A stretch of 64,000 nucleotides of DNA, from NCBI GenBank assembly GCA_051294905.1, contig CM119374.1:9362001-9426000 (forward strand), in the 5' to 3' direction. Below, piece by piece: positions 45,001 through 56,700 of the stretch. The notes under the pieces were generated by a model, which ran no database searches, had not been told where the DNA came from, and saw only the letters and a program-made list of their open reading frames with translations. A program made the translations under genes and the position numbers. The DNA is from Botryllus schlosseri (lineage: Eukaryota). Positions within the stretch are counted from its first letter, which is position 1; each line of letters begins with the position of its first letter.

Positions 45001-48000
45001 GGACGAGGAAGCAATGGACTTGATCTCATCTCTTCTGGTCAGTGCTTTTCAACCTTTTCGAGCTCTATTCACACTTTTGTTGCGAAATAAATTTTATTCG
45101 TCCAAACTAACCGAAATTGTTATACAAAAAGAAGATGGAGATACTTAACAACGTTTTTTCAGATATGCAACAAATTAGCTACTATGTAGCTTAAGCTATC
45201 AACTGTCATCAAAAAGGCAACTTTTTTCGCTCGTTTCTAATTCAAATATTTCACTAAAACCCTTTCTGGGTTTTGTACAAGAACGACTACTAGTGCTTGG
45301 ATGGCCAGGTCATGAAATGTGTTATGCACTCCTATCAAAAACACAGCGTATTTTTCGTGAGTGAAAGATGCTTGCTGGCAGAAATCGTTTTTTAAAGCTT
45401 ACAGAAATGTCCCGGAGGCTCCAGTTCGTCGAAAGGGTGAAAAAACCACCTACTTGTGTTGAGGCTTTTGCCTTATGTCTTGGAAAATAAGGTCCAAAAC
45501 GACCAAGGAGAGTAAGCACATTAGAGCTCGTTACATTGTGATATACGTCGTCCAACTTGTGTTCTGTTTTTTTTCTTTCGATTTCCCATTTTCTGTCTCA
45601 CGAGAATAAGAGAAGAGCAAATAAACTCACGATACTGTGTGTTCTGCTCTTTAGCTGAATCCAACTTGCTAATTCATAACAGTTTAATTACGGTAAAGCA
45701 GCTTTTTAGAGTATCACCAAAATTTGAGTTTTTGTGGCAACTTGCGACCCGAGCCTCACCCATGAAAAGGAATTCATTTTTAATATTACAGTAGTATGCT
45801 ACGATTTTACGGGCATGTATGACATACAGAACGCGCACACCACAATTCTACCAAACACAGCTCTACAAAACATGTCTGACGCACGTGATTTCAGATTAGG
45901 GTGAATTGAATTCCTCTGCCTGTCACAGTTTTACTACTGTCTACTCAGATTGCATGAACTGGACTATTCCGTGCCTACAACGGAGCATATCCATTTAGAA
46001 AGGTTTGGCCATCCAGCAAAGGTAATTTTTTTGACCAACGTTATGTCGCTGCTTATGTTTTGACACCGCACTTTGTAAGCGGTTTGTTGGCCAAACCCAG
46101 GGATATATAGAACTACGGGATGGCTGACTTCATTTTGGCCTTTACCTAAGTAGGTCCAGAAAGTTACCTGCAATCTGCCTCGAAATATCCACTTTTCTGC
46201 AAGCTAGCGATACAGCTGTTTCTAGAATAACGATCCTCAACCTTTTGCGGAATAGTTAGTGAGTAAGCTAGACATTCTTCCCTTATCACAACCTTACTGC
46301 TGTATAGCCAACCTAGTAAAGTATGACACTGCCGTATAGCCAACCAAGTAAACTATGACAACTCTGAATTTCAGTAAATCATGAATGTGTTTAATTTCTA
46401 CACGTCATATAATTTGCATCAGGCCATAAATAACAGGGTGAATAACGAATAATATGAGCGTCTTCTACCTATTTACAAGCCATTGTCGGAAACCTTGCAG
46501 CTGGGAAGGGGGGGGGGGTAATAGGATTGATTAAATCAACCTTTTCAATTCGCGTTAATCGACAATTACCATGGAGTATAGGGTTGCATTCAAAACAAAC
46601 ATGTTCAAAACCAGGCCCTTGTATAAAAAATACTTTTTTAAGCCATGACGTCAAGAATATTCAATAGTGACGTCATATTGGATTGACATTGACAATTGAA
46701 AATATAGTGTAAATATAGCTCCTTTGACGAAATATCTGTGCTATTGCTATTGAACCGACTATTTTGAGGGTTCCAGCCATCCCATATCGATATTAGTCGG
46801 CTATATCGGGTGGTAATCGTCCGTAGGCTCATACAACACGTATTTTGGAAAGTATTTATACAATTATGGCATAATTTTACAACGCAAAAAGAATTTTTTT
46901 CAAGAGGCCTTTGTTTAAAACACTGTTTAAAGCATGTTTTAAACATAGTGTTTCAAACACCGTTTGTTTTAAATGCACCCCTACCATGGAGCATTTCCAA
47001 TAACGAAAAGATAGCACGGCCTGTAAGGACTCGAAATTGCGATGGCAGCATTGTCAGCTTCTATGTCACTCAATGAAAGTTGATCAAGAAATCAACACAC
47101 CATTGATAATTATCTTCAGGTTCAAATGTAGCCAGGGTAGCAGTTTGGTACATATCATTTTCAATTTAAGAAGCATTCGGTAGACCCAGTTGTTGAATTC
47201 AGCTGATATTTTGTTCACCGAGAAATAGTTTCATGACCGCAGTGAAGAAATTACCACCATGGCTTAACGGTACATCACGAATGGGCCTCCTGAAGCATTT
47301 CATGCCATTTATCAGTTAAGAAATATTCAGTATCATTGTCTTGCAGATTTTCCGATAGAGCGATAGATGATTCCATGTCAAAAAATCATCTCGGTGAGGA
47401 GGCACGAGATCCAAATATTCAGATCGTGGCCATCTTTGCCAAGATTTCAATGGCATGTGCGCAGTATAATATACCAGGATATCCACTGTTGACGTGATGC
47501 AAATGCTGGAACATCGCGTTTGTTTTTCCGGAATCTGCAACAAAAATGAACAAATGATGTATTTAGAGACACAAATTAATATTAAGAATATATATAGATG
47601 TATGCAGAGTTGGTCAGTAATGAAGAACTTCTACTTCATTGCAGTACTCAAGTAGGTGTTGCCTATTTTCGAAGATACATCTTGTAATTTTGAAGCAGCC
47701 ATCTCTAAACTTAAGTACCTTGCAGGCATTTCACTTTCTACAGCTACTTGAGGAAGTTCAAATACCAGTACGCCCGGGAATACAACTGTTACTTGAGTAG
47801 CAATGCAGACTACTTTAATCACATCAGGATTAATGTAAATCGCTCATTTAATAGCGTATCACTAGAATCAGCCAAACTTACCTTGGGCCGACTGAGGAGA
47901 GGTCCATGTGTTATTGCGACGATTTGACTAATCCTTGCAAATTAAAAGCAATCTTCAGAGTTTTCTCTTCCTCCATCGTACAGGTCCATAGCCTATAGGC

Positions 48001-51000
48001 TATAACTGTTTATATGGTAAAGACAGGCCGTATCTCAGGGTCGTATCGTGTCCTGACGATTGTGTTGGCTTATCCATTCAAGGGAGTGAGCATCTTCATG
48101 GCTTCAGTAAGAGCAAATGGTCAACAAATGCTGTGGCCATATACTGGGAGTCAGCCATTGGCAGTTCACAACAGTGCACTTCTGTTGAAGTATAATTCCA
48201 GTACTGTAGCATTGAGGTGCCGTTCATTAACAAACATATGCCTGCCTTGTTTTACCAGACATGTAACTGATGAATAGTATCTGTAACAAGAGGATTGGAT
48301 TCAACAGTTGTTATGGACACTTACAACTGCAACGACCTTGACGTGTTGTGTTTGTATTAGATTCAAATGTTTGGTTATCCTTAATTGAAATGCCTCTTGA
48401 ATCTTGCACACCGGTGGTGTACTCAGTGGCTCCAATTCTTACTAGGAATAATCCAGCAATGATCTGGAATACCGGTAAGCCTGCAATACCAGCACTACCA
48501 GCATTCGTACATTAATCTATAGTACAAGATCTTAACTGACGAAGTCCCTCCTAACGGTCGCCTTCATAGTTGACACGGCACAGTGTAATTGTACACTTGT
48601 ACAGCCTTGGATGGTGACATACATTCGAATAACATACCGGTTAATGAAAAACATACCGCAAGGCGTAATCAAAATCATACGGCGGATACTAATGTTAACG
48701 TTGGAAATTATTCTACATTTTGTTATCTTCTCACGATTATCAGCGCAGCGAAACATGTTACATAAGATACTACAGGAGCAGAGATATTCCGAAGGCGAGT
48801 AAATGACCGTACCGGTATACCGGTAAATTGCTGCTGAAGGAATAGGGCTAATACCGCAAAGTTTCAGACTACCTGAACATCTTATAACCTAGTTAACCTC
48901 TAGCTTTATATAATAACATAAACATGGATATTATATGCCTCTACCGCTCTCAAAAACTTAAAATTACACACAGCTGACACACGGCTGACCGGAACGTGCA
49001 TCAAAACTGAATGCGCGAATCTGGACCCACTTAGGTAATACCGCGATGACGCAATTGACGCAGTCAGCCATCCCGGAGTTCTATATATCCCTGGCCAAAC
49101 CTTTACGTCTTCATGTGCCCCGACGCAGAAGGGGTTAGCCTCGAAATGAATGAGTCTCATAGTCCTGATCTCGCTCGTTGCACACCCGTAAGCCTACACT
49201 AGTTCATCCCAACGGTATTAGGCCATGTCTTCCAGTAAAAACCAGTCGGACAAATCTTATCATGAATTCTCATGATAAAGCCACATTTTTCGGCATGTCT
49301 CGCTTATTGGCAACAGTACCCAACACAGTGACCTTGGATATGTAAAAACTATTGCAGGATTTTTTGCAATATATTCAACAAATATTACAATATTACATGC
49401 ATCATTACAGATAGCTCTGTCACCGTGCTGACCCAAAACCATACCATGCGGCATTTGTCGGCATGTCTTTTTTTGACCTAATCAAACTGAATTTTGACCA
49501 AATTTTGACCTAGCGCATGCAAATTAGGTGGTTTCCCATATAATGTTCAAATTGTAACACTTATCTACATTTCTGGTTGGAACTGGCAGTCCTAACGAAA
49601 AAATTTGGCCTGAAAAAAGTTTTGGGCTTAGAAACAGGCAACTTTTAACATGAAAAAAAAAACAATATTTTAACGAAATCTGGCCCTATGTAGACTTCCA
49701 GTGGTTACAATACGTATAATGGTGGAAATAATAAAAAAGAAATTGGTACAATGAGAGATGCTTTCCTAAATTCTTGAGTAGAAAGTGAATGTCCTTACTA
49801 TGAAACATGCCAAGGACGTTCAACAGCAGCAGTTTTTGGCTGACAACACTCAAGTTGTGCGTACACTTCTGATGACAAACCATGCTGCTTCATTCTGACC
49901 ATGTTGTCTACATCACAATTTTTCATCATGAGCTTCTCAATATAAGAATGATGCAATGTCCAAAAAGTCTTTCTTCAGTTAGGATATTGCGGTACGTTGA
50001 CCATAATACCATGTCTACATATTTGTTTTATTTGGCCGTTTATGATTCACAATGAGTAGTGAATTAGCTGTTTACAACGGTAAGCCTATAAAGTAGGCTA
50101 CAAGCTGTATAATATCAATAGATACGTCCACCGATCGTGCAAAATTCACGATACAAACGAAATGCAGAAGTCAAAAAAAATTTGACTTTATGAACAAATT
50201 TGACAAATTTTGACCTAACGCTACAAGTTTGACAAAATTTTGACATGTAAAAAAAATCGTCCTAATGATCACTATTACATCTCCATCGACGGGATTTTGT
50301 TTTTAGAAATTCGCAGCCAAAGAGCGACTGGGAAATGAGCAAGCGGGAGGATTCGACGCATTAAAAAATCACAAGTTTTTCACCGGAATGAATTGGGAGT
50401 TTCTACCCACAATCAAGCCTCCGTCCACGGTCAGAACATTCTCATCGATAAGCTCAAAGACCGGAAGCGAACAATCTCTATCGTGCAGAGTATATAAATA
50501 TGACCACAATGATTGGAGTTCATTACATGCCCGTATTACTTTTTTTACCAGCATATGTCATCGGCAGAGGCGAGACTATCACCCAACAAAGACGGTACCA
50601 TGAAAAGGGAATCTAAAACTTTAACACCTAGCGCCGTAAGGTAAGTGGGGAATTACGACATTGGTGGGTTATACCCAGAGGTTAGTAACGAATACCTAAA
50701 ATATTTTCATTGATCGATCAGATACATCTTGCAATTTGGAATCATCGATGAACTGCTAAAATTATGTGATCCCCTGACTAAATCTACTTTTTCAAACTAA
50801 TTACTTGTGTACTTCTGACACGTTTCACACTCGAGAGGTTATGGGAAATCTTTAACTCGTAAAGGTGGTTCCCAACGTGGGCGATAACTGTAAATGTTAG
50901 AACGTACGGTGACATATATTTAATTATCACGGCCAAACATGACCGCGAAGACAGCTTATTTTGCATATGACGCGACAAAAAGGTCAACTCAGCGGAAGCC

Positions 51001-54000
51001 GACGCGTAAACCGGTTCTCGAGCTCCAACTATATAAAATAACCTTTTGTTAGTCAATTGACCAACGATCACAGTTACGTGAATAAATTCCCCGTTTATAG
51101 GTTTTCTTTTTCGGATCCGTAAATATGGGGAGGGCGAAAATTTGAGTCGAGCTCTTAAAAGTACAGTCACGCACTTTCAGTTTCCACCCGGCGTTACTTC
51201 CACTTCTACTTTAGTAGCAATACTGGTTACTTTGCTCACCTCTGGTTATAGATAAACACACTCCATTCATATATCAAAGAAAGCTGTTCCCCATCATATC
51301 GCTATGCATCGGCTGTCACGGAGTACGTGCGCTATACGTCTTGTTTAAATTTCCTGCAGAAATTTAATGCCATCAGATCCGGATGACATCGAAGGATTCG
51401 GGGTGCCCGTCCATATTTCAAGCAGTGAAAGAGAACAATGGCTGAAGCGACAACTGAACTCGACATGGTGAGCAATTGGACGCTTACAAATTGCAGTAAA
51501 CGTGATAATCAGAGCATAAACATATTATATTACTGCAACTGTAACTATATACGTAACTGTTCTGAATCATTTTTCGCCACCATCGAGTCGATCCCAGTCA
51601 TTAGCATTTCTACTATTTTCTCCTCTTTTGTGTTACTTATTGGTCACTTTTAGAGAGACGGTTAACGAACCTTTCTTCCGCAGAAAGTTATATTACTTCC
51701 ATATCTACCTCTATGCAAACGTATCTTACTAATAGCGGCAGAGATAGTCTAGGACTGGTAGCCACCATAGGTAGTTGGTACTCGAGTATAAAATATGTGT
51801 AACGACGTAAATTTCTACTAAATTTCAGTGGTGTCATGTAAAAACTAAAAAAAGTAATATCAAAACGTACATTCTGGCGAAAGGTCTCAAACTATTAGCA
51901 GTAGATAAGATGCAGCTAGTCTGAAATTACGGGATGCATCTTCGCGACCAACTTGAAATGAAAAAAATACTACAAATATGTGCAATTACGGAATTATAGT
52001 CGGGTACTAATATATAGAGTTACCAGATGTTCTCTTTCTAGAGGATTTGTCCTCTTCTCTCAATCCAAGCAAAGTGTTGTCCGATAGAACGCTGAAATTT
52101 CCTATTTTTCGTATGTCTTCCTCATTTTTTCTTTAAACGAAAAATTTAAGTGAACAGACAGCAAAAAGAGGTGAAACCCGCACAATCTACTCGTGGAAAT
52201 CGGGTTTGTCCGGCCTTTCCACGATGTGTTGAATAAAATTTTAAAAACGTTCAACTGTGCTACGATTCGAATAATGTGTTTAAATTTCGTGTTTTAAGGT
52301 ATGTCACCGAAACTTTTTTCCTGTATCCATCAAACTTGATGCAAAGAAAAAACTTTCCTTATTGGTTCCGAAACTATGGTGGGCCTACATACAGGGGCGC
52401 GCTCAGTTGTTATGACAATTACCATCGTGAAATTTTCTCACATATATATTTATCCTACTTTCTACGTTACAAGCTGTAAAGTGTGTAAAGTAATTACTCT
52501 TGTCAAAATAAATGTCAATTAAAGGCAGAGGTTGTCAGTAGCGAAGTAGTTCTACTTTTTCGAAGTACTCAAGTAGTTTTCCTCTACTTCTGGTACTTAC
52601 TCAAGTAGATCTGATTTTCGCTACTTCTACTTCTATTTCGTTATAATATGTGATCTACTTACTTACTTTTCGCTATTTTCAGTTTGTCAAGTAGAAGTAG
52701 CTCAATCTTCCAATCAGGAAGATAGCCTGAGGAATTTCGGGGGTGTTTTTCAGAGCATTAACATTTAATTTTCATAAAAGTTGAGTATAGCCCAGGATTT
52801 TCGTCGTGCTTCGCGCGCAGTGGATACGGAGTTACCAGTATGATTTCACGAAAGTATCGATTAATATAATTTAGGTAGCGGGTTGGCGTGATTCCGTTCA
52901 CACCACATTGTCGCTCGTCACCCATATGAATTAATTCATCACAGTATATATGGCACATCATATCGTTTGAAATTGATGTTTCACAATCTATCATTTACTT
53001 GTCATATCGTAATCTACCATGTCCGTGGCACGTCCTAACCTGAAAAAGTGGACTCTGACTTTTTTGTTAGTTTTAGTGCTGTTTAGCAATTCTGCCTTTG
53101 AAACTTTCTAGACTGAAGGCATGAAAAATGTGTTCCGCTTTTAGAAGTAGTATTTATGTTTTATTTTCAAGTCCCAGTATCATATACTTTGAGTTATAAT
53201 TAATATCAGTTCTTTTGTCTGGATAGAATACATGTTGAAGTATAAAAGCAGGTGTGGTAATGCCTTTAATTTCCGGAAATAAAGCTACACAACATGGCAT
53301 TATTACGGTCCCCCATATTTTTATTAACGTTTACTAATCGCGCAAAGTGTTTACACCGTATCCTATTCAACTTCTTCGTATTGCTCTTCGACTAAACTAC
53401 GGACCTTATAATATGGGGGATGGCGCCATACCATGCTATTTTCTAAAACGTGTTGTTCGAGAAAACAGAGGATAAGTATCGCATCTCCATAATAATACTA
53501 TAATTTTCATCCTATGATGTGGACGAATGCTTATGCTGTCGAAAATTGGATACCTGCTGGTATGCATCAATATGAATCAAGCTCGTCACCTTTCGCATAG
53601 CTCAATTTGCACCTTTTTCAAAATCCATCTGAACGAATTAGGATCGTTTTCACAACTACTTACTTACTTGAGTACTTTTGAAGTCAGTAAATTCTACTTC
53701 TACTTCAAGTAGTTTTAGGTTGCTTATGGAAGAAGTACTTCTACTCGTACTTGAGTAGATTTTTTCGTCGCTACTTCTACTTCTACTTGAGTAGCTTTCT
53801 TGACTACTTTGACCACCTCTGATTAAAGGTGCATAGAGGTAGTCAAACAACATAATCACCTGAGTATTTACTTCGAGTAGGAAAAACATAATTCAGTATT
53901 CTCAAAAAGTAGTAGTGACCACTTCCGAATAAATATCAGAACTTCCTAGCGCAATAATGTATTTTATTCACATATCTTGCGTGCCATATCACCGTAAGAT

Positions 54001-55423
54001 CCAATCACTGAATATATTAAATATTTTAGGCACCATTTTACAAACGGAGCCCTGATATTGAAGAGAGCAGAGCTGGATAAAAAGCGAGGCATATCCGTCA
54101 AGACCAGACAATTTCTTTTGCTCGAAGGACCGCGTCTTATTTACGTTGATCCAATAAGTATGGAACAGAAGGGCGAAATACCATGGTAGTAAACAACAAT
54201 TGGTGTTGGGCGATTCTACGTTAGATCATACCATTGTTTTGCAGGTCGCGAGAACTTACAGTTGAAGTAAAGTCTTTCAAATCGTTCAACATATACGTGG
54301 TAAGATTCACTCATGGCGATTTCTGTAAGATGTTCAAATCTATGTATTCTGTATACATTTATGTCAAAGGCACAATAATTTAAATCAGCTACTATAAAGA
54401 TTGGGTTACACGGTGAAAAAATCTAAAACGTATGCTCAAGATATAAATTTTGGAGGAACTAGTGTAAAATTTCGAGGGAGAATGAAGGATTTTAAATAAT
54501 CATAATGGCGTTAGCAGGTCACAAAAATATCGCCGTGATGGATGGGAATGAGATAACTTAGCCTCAATCACGTTTTGGCTTCCGGTCTGCGCCGTTTTCC
54601 GCATATTATATATATTGAGTAAGTCGGAGTAGCCTACACTTGGTGTCAGGCGAAGTTTAGCTAACATTACGATATGACCAGGGCACGATGTTCTATCATG
54701 ATCTATTATTGAACTGTTGTTTAAATTTTAAAAATTGAGTTTAGTCGCGTCCAATACTATTGGGCTGATCAGAAACTCTTCTAGGTATATAAGACTTTGT
54801 GAGTGGATAATCCAAATATGCCACCGTCACTGTGCCATTGCGAGGGAATACAAGATCATGATCTCGGATTAACCTGTTTCTAGTGATAGAGTAGAGACAA
54901 CTGTCATAAGCTACATTCTTGAGTATAAGTAGATATTTCTACTTTACTTTCTTGCTGTGAAGAACGTGGTAGGAAGTTGTAACTCGAGGAAGTCTGATCA
55001 CAGATGTTAAGAATACTGTAGATTCCCTATAAATTCAACAAATCTTTTCACAGTGTAGAACCTTTCAAAATTAGTTTGCGACACCAGTCCATAAAACTTG
55101 AAGGTTCGCATACCAAACGCGGCCGTCAACAGAATGTCCGCATCGTCCTTATTACGTATAGTATCATTTTCGACAAATCAGGTGGTTTAAAAATTGTGGA
55201 GGAAGAAGTTAAAAGCATATATAGCTCCTCTATCCATGGCCCCGTGATCTTCTTATTGGGTTTGATGCGATTATGTCAGTCAATTATTAACAGTAGATAT
55301 GATATGTATCTTTCGGTTTTTCAGCCAGGAAGAACGTACCATTTGGTCGACCGAAAAGGAAATGCGTTGAAATGGTGTCGGAAAATCGAAAATGTTAAAC
55401 AGTATTATTATGGAAAATCGTGA
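29952..55423 (+). CDS. PDPK1: Divergent 3-phosphoinositide-dependent protein kinase 1 (PDK1)-like gene; AGC kinase + C-terminal PH domain; 13 coding exons, about 455 aa
   Basis: Exons 29952-30017, 34129-34171, 34320-34457, 38707-38851, 40083-40189, 42421-42493, 44872-45037, 50307-50429, 50552-50640, 51360-51467, 54030-54185, 54245-54299 and 55325-55423 join in frame (1368 nt) through GT-AG introns. Motifs: VVLARE, FAIK, DHPFFVKL, HRDLKPEN, DFG, APE, SDLWSLGC, and PH segments KGEIPW and RTYHL...KWCRKI. The kinase-then-PH architecture is diagnostic of PDK1. Confidence 0.92.
31349..31534. repeat. Inverted repeat with 63-bp arms and a 60-bp spacer (MITE-like hairpin)
   Basis: 31349-31411 (TATTGCAACGAACAAC...CAACTGACCCT) mirrors 31472-31534 with about 2 mismatches. 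Confidence 0.9.
32590..33015. mobile_element. Charlie-type hAT MITE
   Basis: Ends CAGGGGTTTCCCAACCT / AGGTTGGGGACCGCT; CTCTATA on both flanks. Confidence 0.7.
34129..34171 (+). CDS. PDPK1: PDK1-like exon 2 (VVLAREIETEIEFA)
   Basis: Acceptor TTTCAG and donor GTAAG; 43 nt. Confidence 0.92.
34320..34457 (+). CDS. PDPK1: PDK1-like exon 3 (IKIIEKR...DHPFFVKLHYTFEDTKRL)
   Basis: Contains the catalytic Lys and the alphaC Glu; followed by a U12-type donor. Confidence 0.95.
34795..34990 (+). mobile_element. Diverged tRNA-derived SINE related to family 1
   Basis: GTTCGAGTCCGACAGAGGTCGACT B-box region matches the family 1 head; body diverged. Confidence 0.5.
35344..36204. mobile_element. Charlie/Buster hAT element (sister of 5994-7097)
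   Basis: Ends CAGGGGTGGGCA / TTTGCCCACCTCTG; perfect TSD ATCTACAC; shared internal sequence. Confidence 0.9.
36743..38149. mobile_element. 1.4-kb hAT-type element with GACTCGAG/GACTT arrays
   Basis: TIR CAGTGTTGGGAT; perfect TSD CTAAGAAC. Confidence 0.92.
38281..38608 (-). mobile_element. tRNA-derived SINE, family 2
   Basis: Minus strand has A box TGGCGCAGTTGG, B box GGTTCGAATCT and a CAAAACAAAC tail; flanked by GC(A/C)GGAAATT direct repeats. Confidence 0.75.
38707..38851 (+). CDS. PDPK1: PDK1-like exon 4 (YFCLSFASGGDLL...LNVVHR)
   Basis: Hinge to HR; acceptor TATAG and donor GTGATA; 145 nt. Confidence 0.95.
40083..40189 (+). CDS. PDPK1: PDK1-like exon 5 (DLKPENVLLTSDMHINISDFGGAVKFKRESKKDYK)
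   Basis: Catalytic loop and DFG; acceptor TTTTCAG and donor GTATGT. Confidence 0.95.
41148..41219. repeat. Short tandem array of TGCAACTTT units
   Basis: Five (T)GCAACTTT units, including a duplicated unit of about 28 bp. Confidence 0.8.
42421..42493 (+). CDS. PDPK1: PDK1-like exon 6 (KALPGSGSSNYAAPEVVNTKTCNF)
   Basis: P+1 loop and APE; acceptor TTCAG and donor GTAAG; phases match its neighbours. Confidence 0.88.
42741..42950 (+). mobile_element. hAT transposase C-terminal (dimerisation domain) remnant, frameshifted
   Basis: Across frameshifts: TSCQRSYSKPKMIN / LRSTMNDDRLSTLPILSVD / HDFEDNIPGFASVKPRKVQF*, matching the hAT pattern SCERSFS...LRSTM...RL...L...F...K.RK. Confidence 0.75.
43845..44698. 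mobile_element. Charlie/Buster hAT element with a nested SINE
   Basis: Ends CAGGGGCGGGCAAC / GTTACCCACCCCCT; TSD ATCCAAGC vs ATCTAAGC. Confidence 0.8.
44188..44440 (+). mobile_element. tRNA-derived SINE, family 1, decayed
   Basis: GTGACGAGATAGCG head and body collinear with 13408-13691; B box and tail eroded. Confidence 0.8.
44872..45037 (+). CDS. PDPK1: PDK1-like exon 7 (SDLWSLGCILYHMLSG...AMDLISSLL)
   Basis: Subdomains IX-XI; acceptor TTTCAG and donor GTCAGT. Confidence 0.93.
46579..46983. mobile_element. hAT-type MITE
   Basis: TIR TAGGGTTGCATTCAAAACAAAC / GTTTGTTTTAAATGCACCCCTA; CCATGGAG repeated on both flanks (2-nt offset at left). A related fragment lies near 11440-11520. Confidence 0.75.
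49745..49960 (-). mobile_element. Decayed hAT transposase C-terminal remnant
   Basis: Minus-strand frames NCDVDNMVRM...EVYAQLECCQPKTAAVER / KDIHFLLKNLGKHLSLY resemble the hAT pattern QPTSAxVERSFS...KDRxF; stops and a frameshift are present. Confidence 0.55.
50307..50429 (+). CDS. PDPK1: PDK1-like exon 8 (KFAAKERLG...LKNHKFF..MNW...PPST)
   Basis: RLG...LK.H.FF...W motif at the end of AGC kinase domains. An alternative in-frame donor is possible after 50489. Confidence 0.85.
50552..50640 (+). CDS. PDPK1: PDK1-like exon 9 (linker)
   Basis: Acceptor TTTTTTTACCAG and donor AG|GTAAGT; phases 0-2 fit; no conserved motif. Confidence 0.65.
51360..51467 (+). CDS. PDPK1: PDK1-like exon 10 (NLMPSD...SEREQWLKRQLNSTW)
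   Basis: Matches the PDK1 pre-PH helix ending in W|HxF; acceptor CCTGCAG and donor GTGAG. Confidence 0.85.
52526..53821. mobile_element. 1.3-kb hAT-type element with AGTAG/CTACT subterminal arrays
   Basis: Ends CAGAGGTTGTCA / TGACCACCTCTG; perfect TSD ATTAAAGG. A decayed relative lies at about 43365-43834. Confidence 0.9.
54030..54185 (+). CDS. PDPK1: PDK1-like exon 11 (PH domain: HHFTNG...DKKRG...TRQFLLLEGPRLIYVDP...KGEIPW)
   Basis: Clear PDK1 PH-domain signature. Confidence 0.95.
54245..54299 (+). CDS. PDPK1: PDK1-like exon 12 (SRELTVEVKSFKSFNIYV)
   Basis: Follows a 59-nt intron; acceptor TTTTGCAG and donor GTAAGA. Confidence 0.9.
55325..55423 (+). CDS. PDPK1: PDK1-like last exon (PGRTYHLVDRKGNALKWCRKIENVKQYYYGKS*)
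   Basis: Matches the PDK1 segment PNRTYYL...A.KWCRKI; acceptor TTTTTCAG; TGA stop. Confidence 0.93.
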   Translation, partial: PGRTYHLVDRKGNALKWCRKIENVKQYYYGKS

Positions 55424-56223
55424 TCGGGATACGAAAGACGTTGTTCGGTTTGCGGCAAACGATTTCAAATTTCCAAAATAAGGTTTTCCAGCAGAGCACT
55501 ATTTTTAACAGAACGCATGAGTTGGCTTGTCGGAAAATTACATTTTTACTGCATATACGTGTATTTGTATGATTACGCATGTGGCAAATGGGAGACACAA
55601 TACAATCCGTACAGTAATATAGCTTCAGTCTGATACGGCGCAGCAGTATATCAAAGAACGCGGTAAATTACCCTGCAGAGATATCTAGATTGCGGAAAAT
55701 GTGTCTACCTGACCTGGAATCGAACTGGACATGTTGTCTCGGTCCACTGCAGTCAGACACTAGTACCTACGGTGAGTGTGAGTGGACGGAAAAACGCACT
55801 TTCAATCAATTTCCGTTATTGCAAAGTCATCTAGTTCATCACTATGTTTTCGTGGTGGGATGGTGCAAACACCTCAGAGATTCTGGTCATGATAAAACAA
55901 AGTATACATATAGAAATATACCGACTCATATCGCCGATAGAACCACTGATATAGCGTTTTATAATTTATTCAATCGGCCAACCCTCGCATATTGGCCAAT
56001 TCTATTGCCAATTCTGTGGCTACAATGGAGCTCCTACGATCCGTAACATACGATTATGTATAAGGCTTGGTAAATAATCAAGTACTATATTAATGTGAAA
56101 ATCGAGGGTATGAATATGAACATAACAGTCTGATCCATCTGACTGGTCCAGCCCGCAATTGATCAATATAGGTATGAATCCAGCCCGCGACCCATGTTGA
56201 GTTTGACACCCCTGCCTTGACTA

Positions 56224-56700
56224 GTCCCAGGGATTCCATGGAGGTCACGACACACACGCAACTCATTCATATGATGTGTGATGATTGGTCCGAATTGCTC
56301 ATCATTGGTTGTGTGCAAGTGTAAGCCCGATTAGTAATCTAATTTGTTGTGGTGGTAAGACGTGTGGCGTGTCGTACGGAGGGGAGGTCGGGGCTCCAAA
56401 TCGGAACCCAGTGTTTCTGAAATGCCGATTCTATCACCAATATTATTAAGCTGATTTGTAATTAGGCAATTAATACCACGATGTGCGTTTCGTCCTAACA
56501 ATACGATGTCACATTCCAAGATGAAGCCTCGCATTTCTGAATTGATATATGGATGGGAACAGCAGACGAGGCATGGATTTTGAATAAATGCCCATTATGA
56601 TGTTTGCGTTTTGAGTGAAAATAATATTTCAATGGTTTTGGTCTTTTAATACTTCGTTGATGCAGAGTCAGTTTATGCACTAGTAATTTAACGGAATAAC
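56224..56700. repeat. Dispersed repeat homologous to about 63190-63640
   Basis: Both begin TCCCAGGGATTCC.TGGAGGTCA.GA.ACACAC.CAACTCAT and share downstream blocks; boundaries approximate. Confidence 0.5.

Noticed and set aside
50784-51170. 128-aa minus-strand ORF in a PDK1-like intron
   Set aside because: Non-ATG start, no motif, no splice or repeat support.
55076-55324. 5' part of ORF 55076-55423
   Set aside because: Intronic read-through; only 55325-55423 matches PDK1.
55700-55780. tRNA-Cys-like sequence on the minus strand
   Set aside because: Only a CTGCA loop and GTTCGATTCC remain; cannot fold a cloverleaf; at most an old SINE head.
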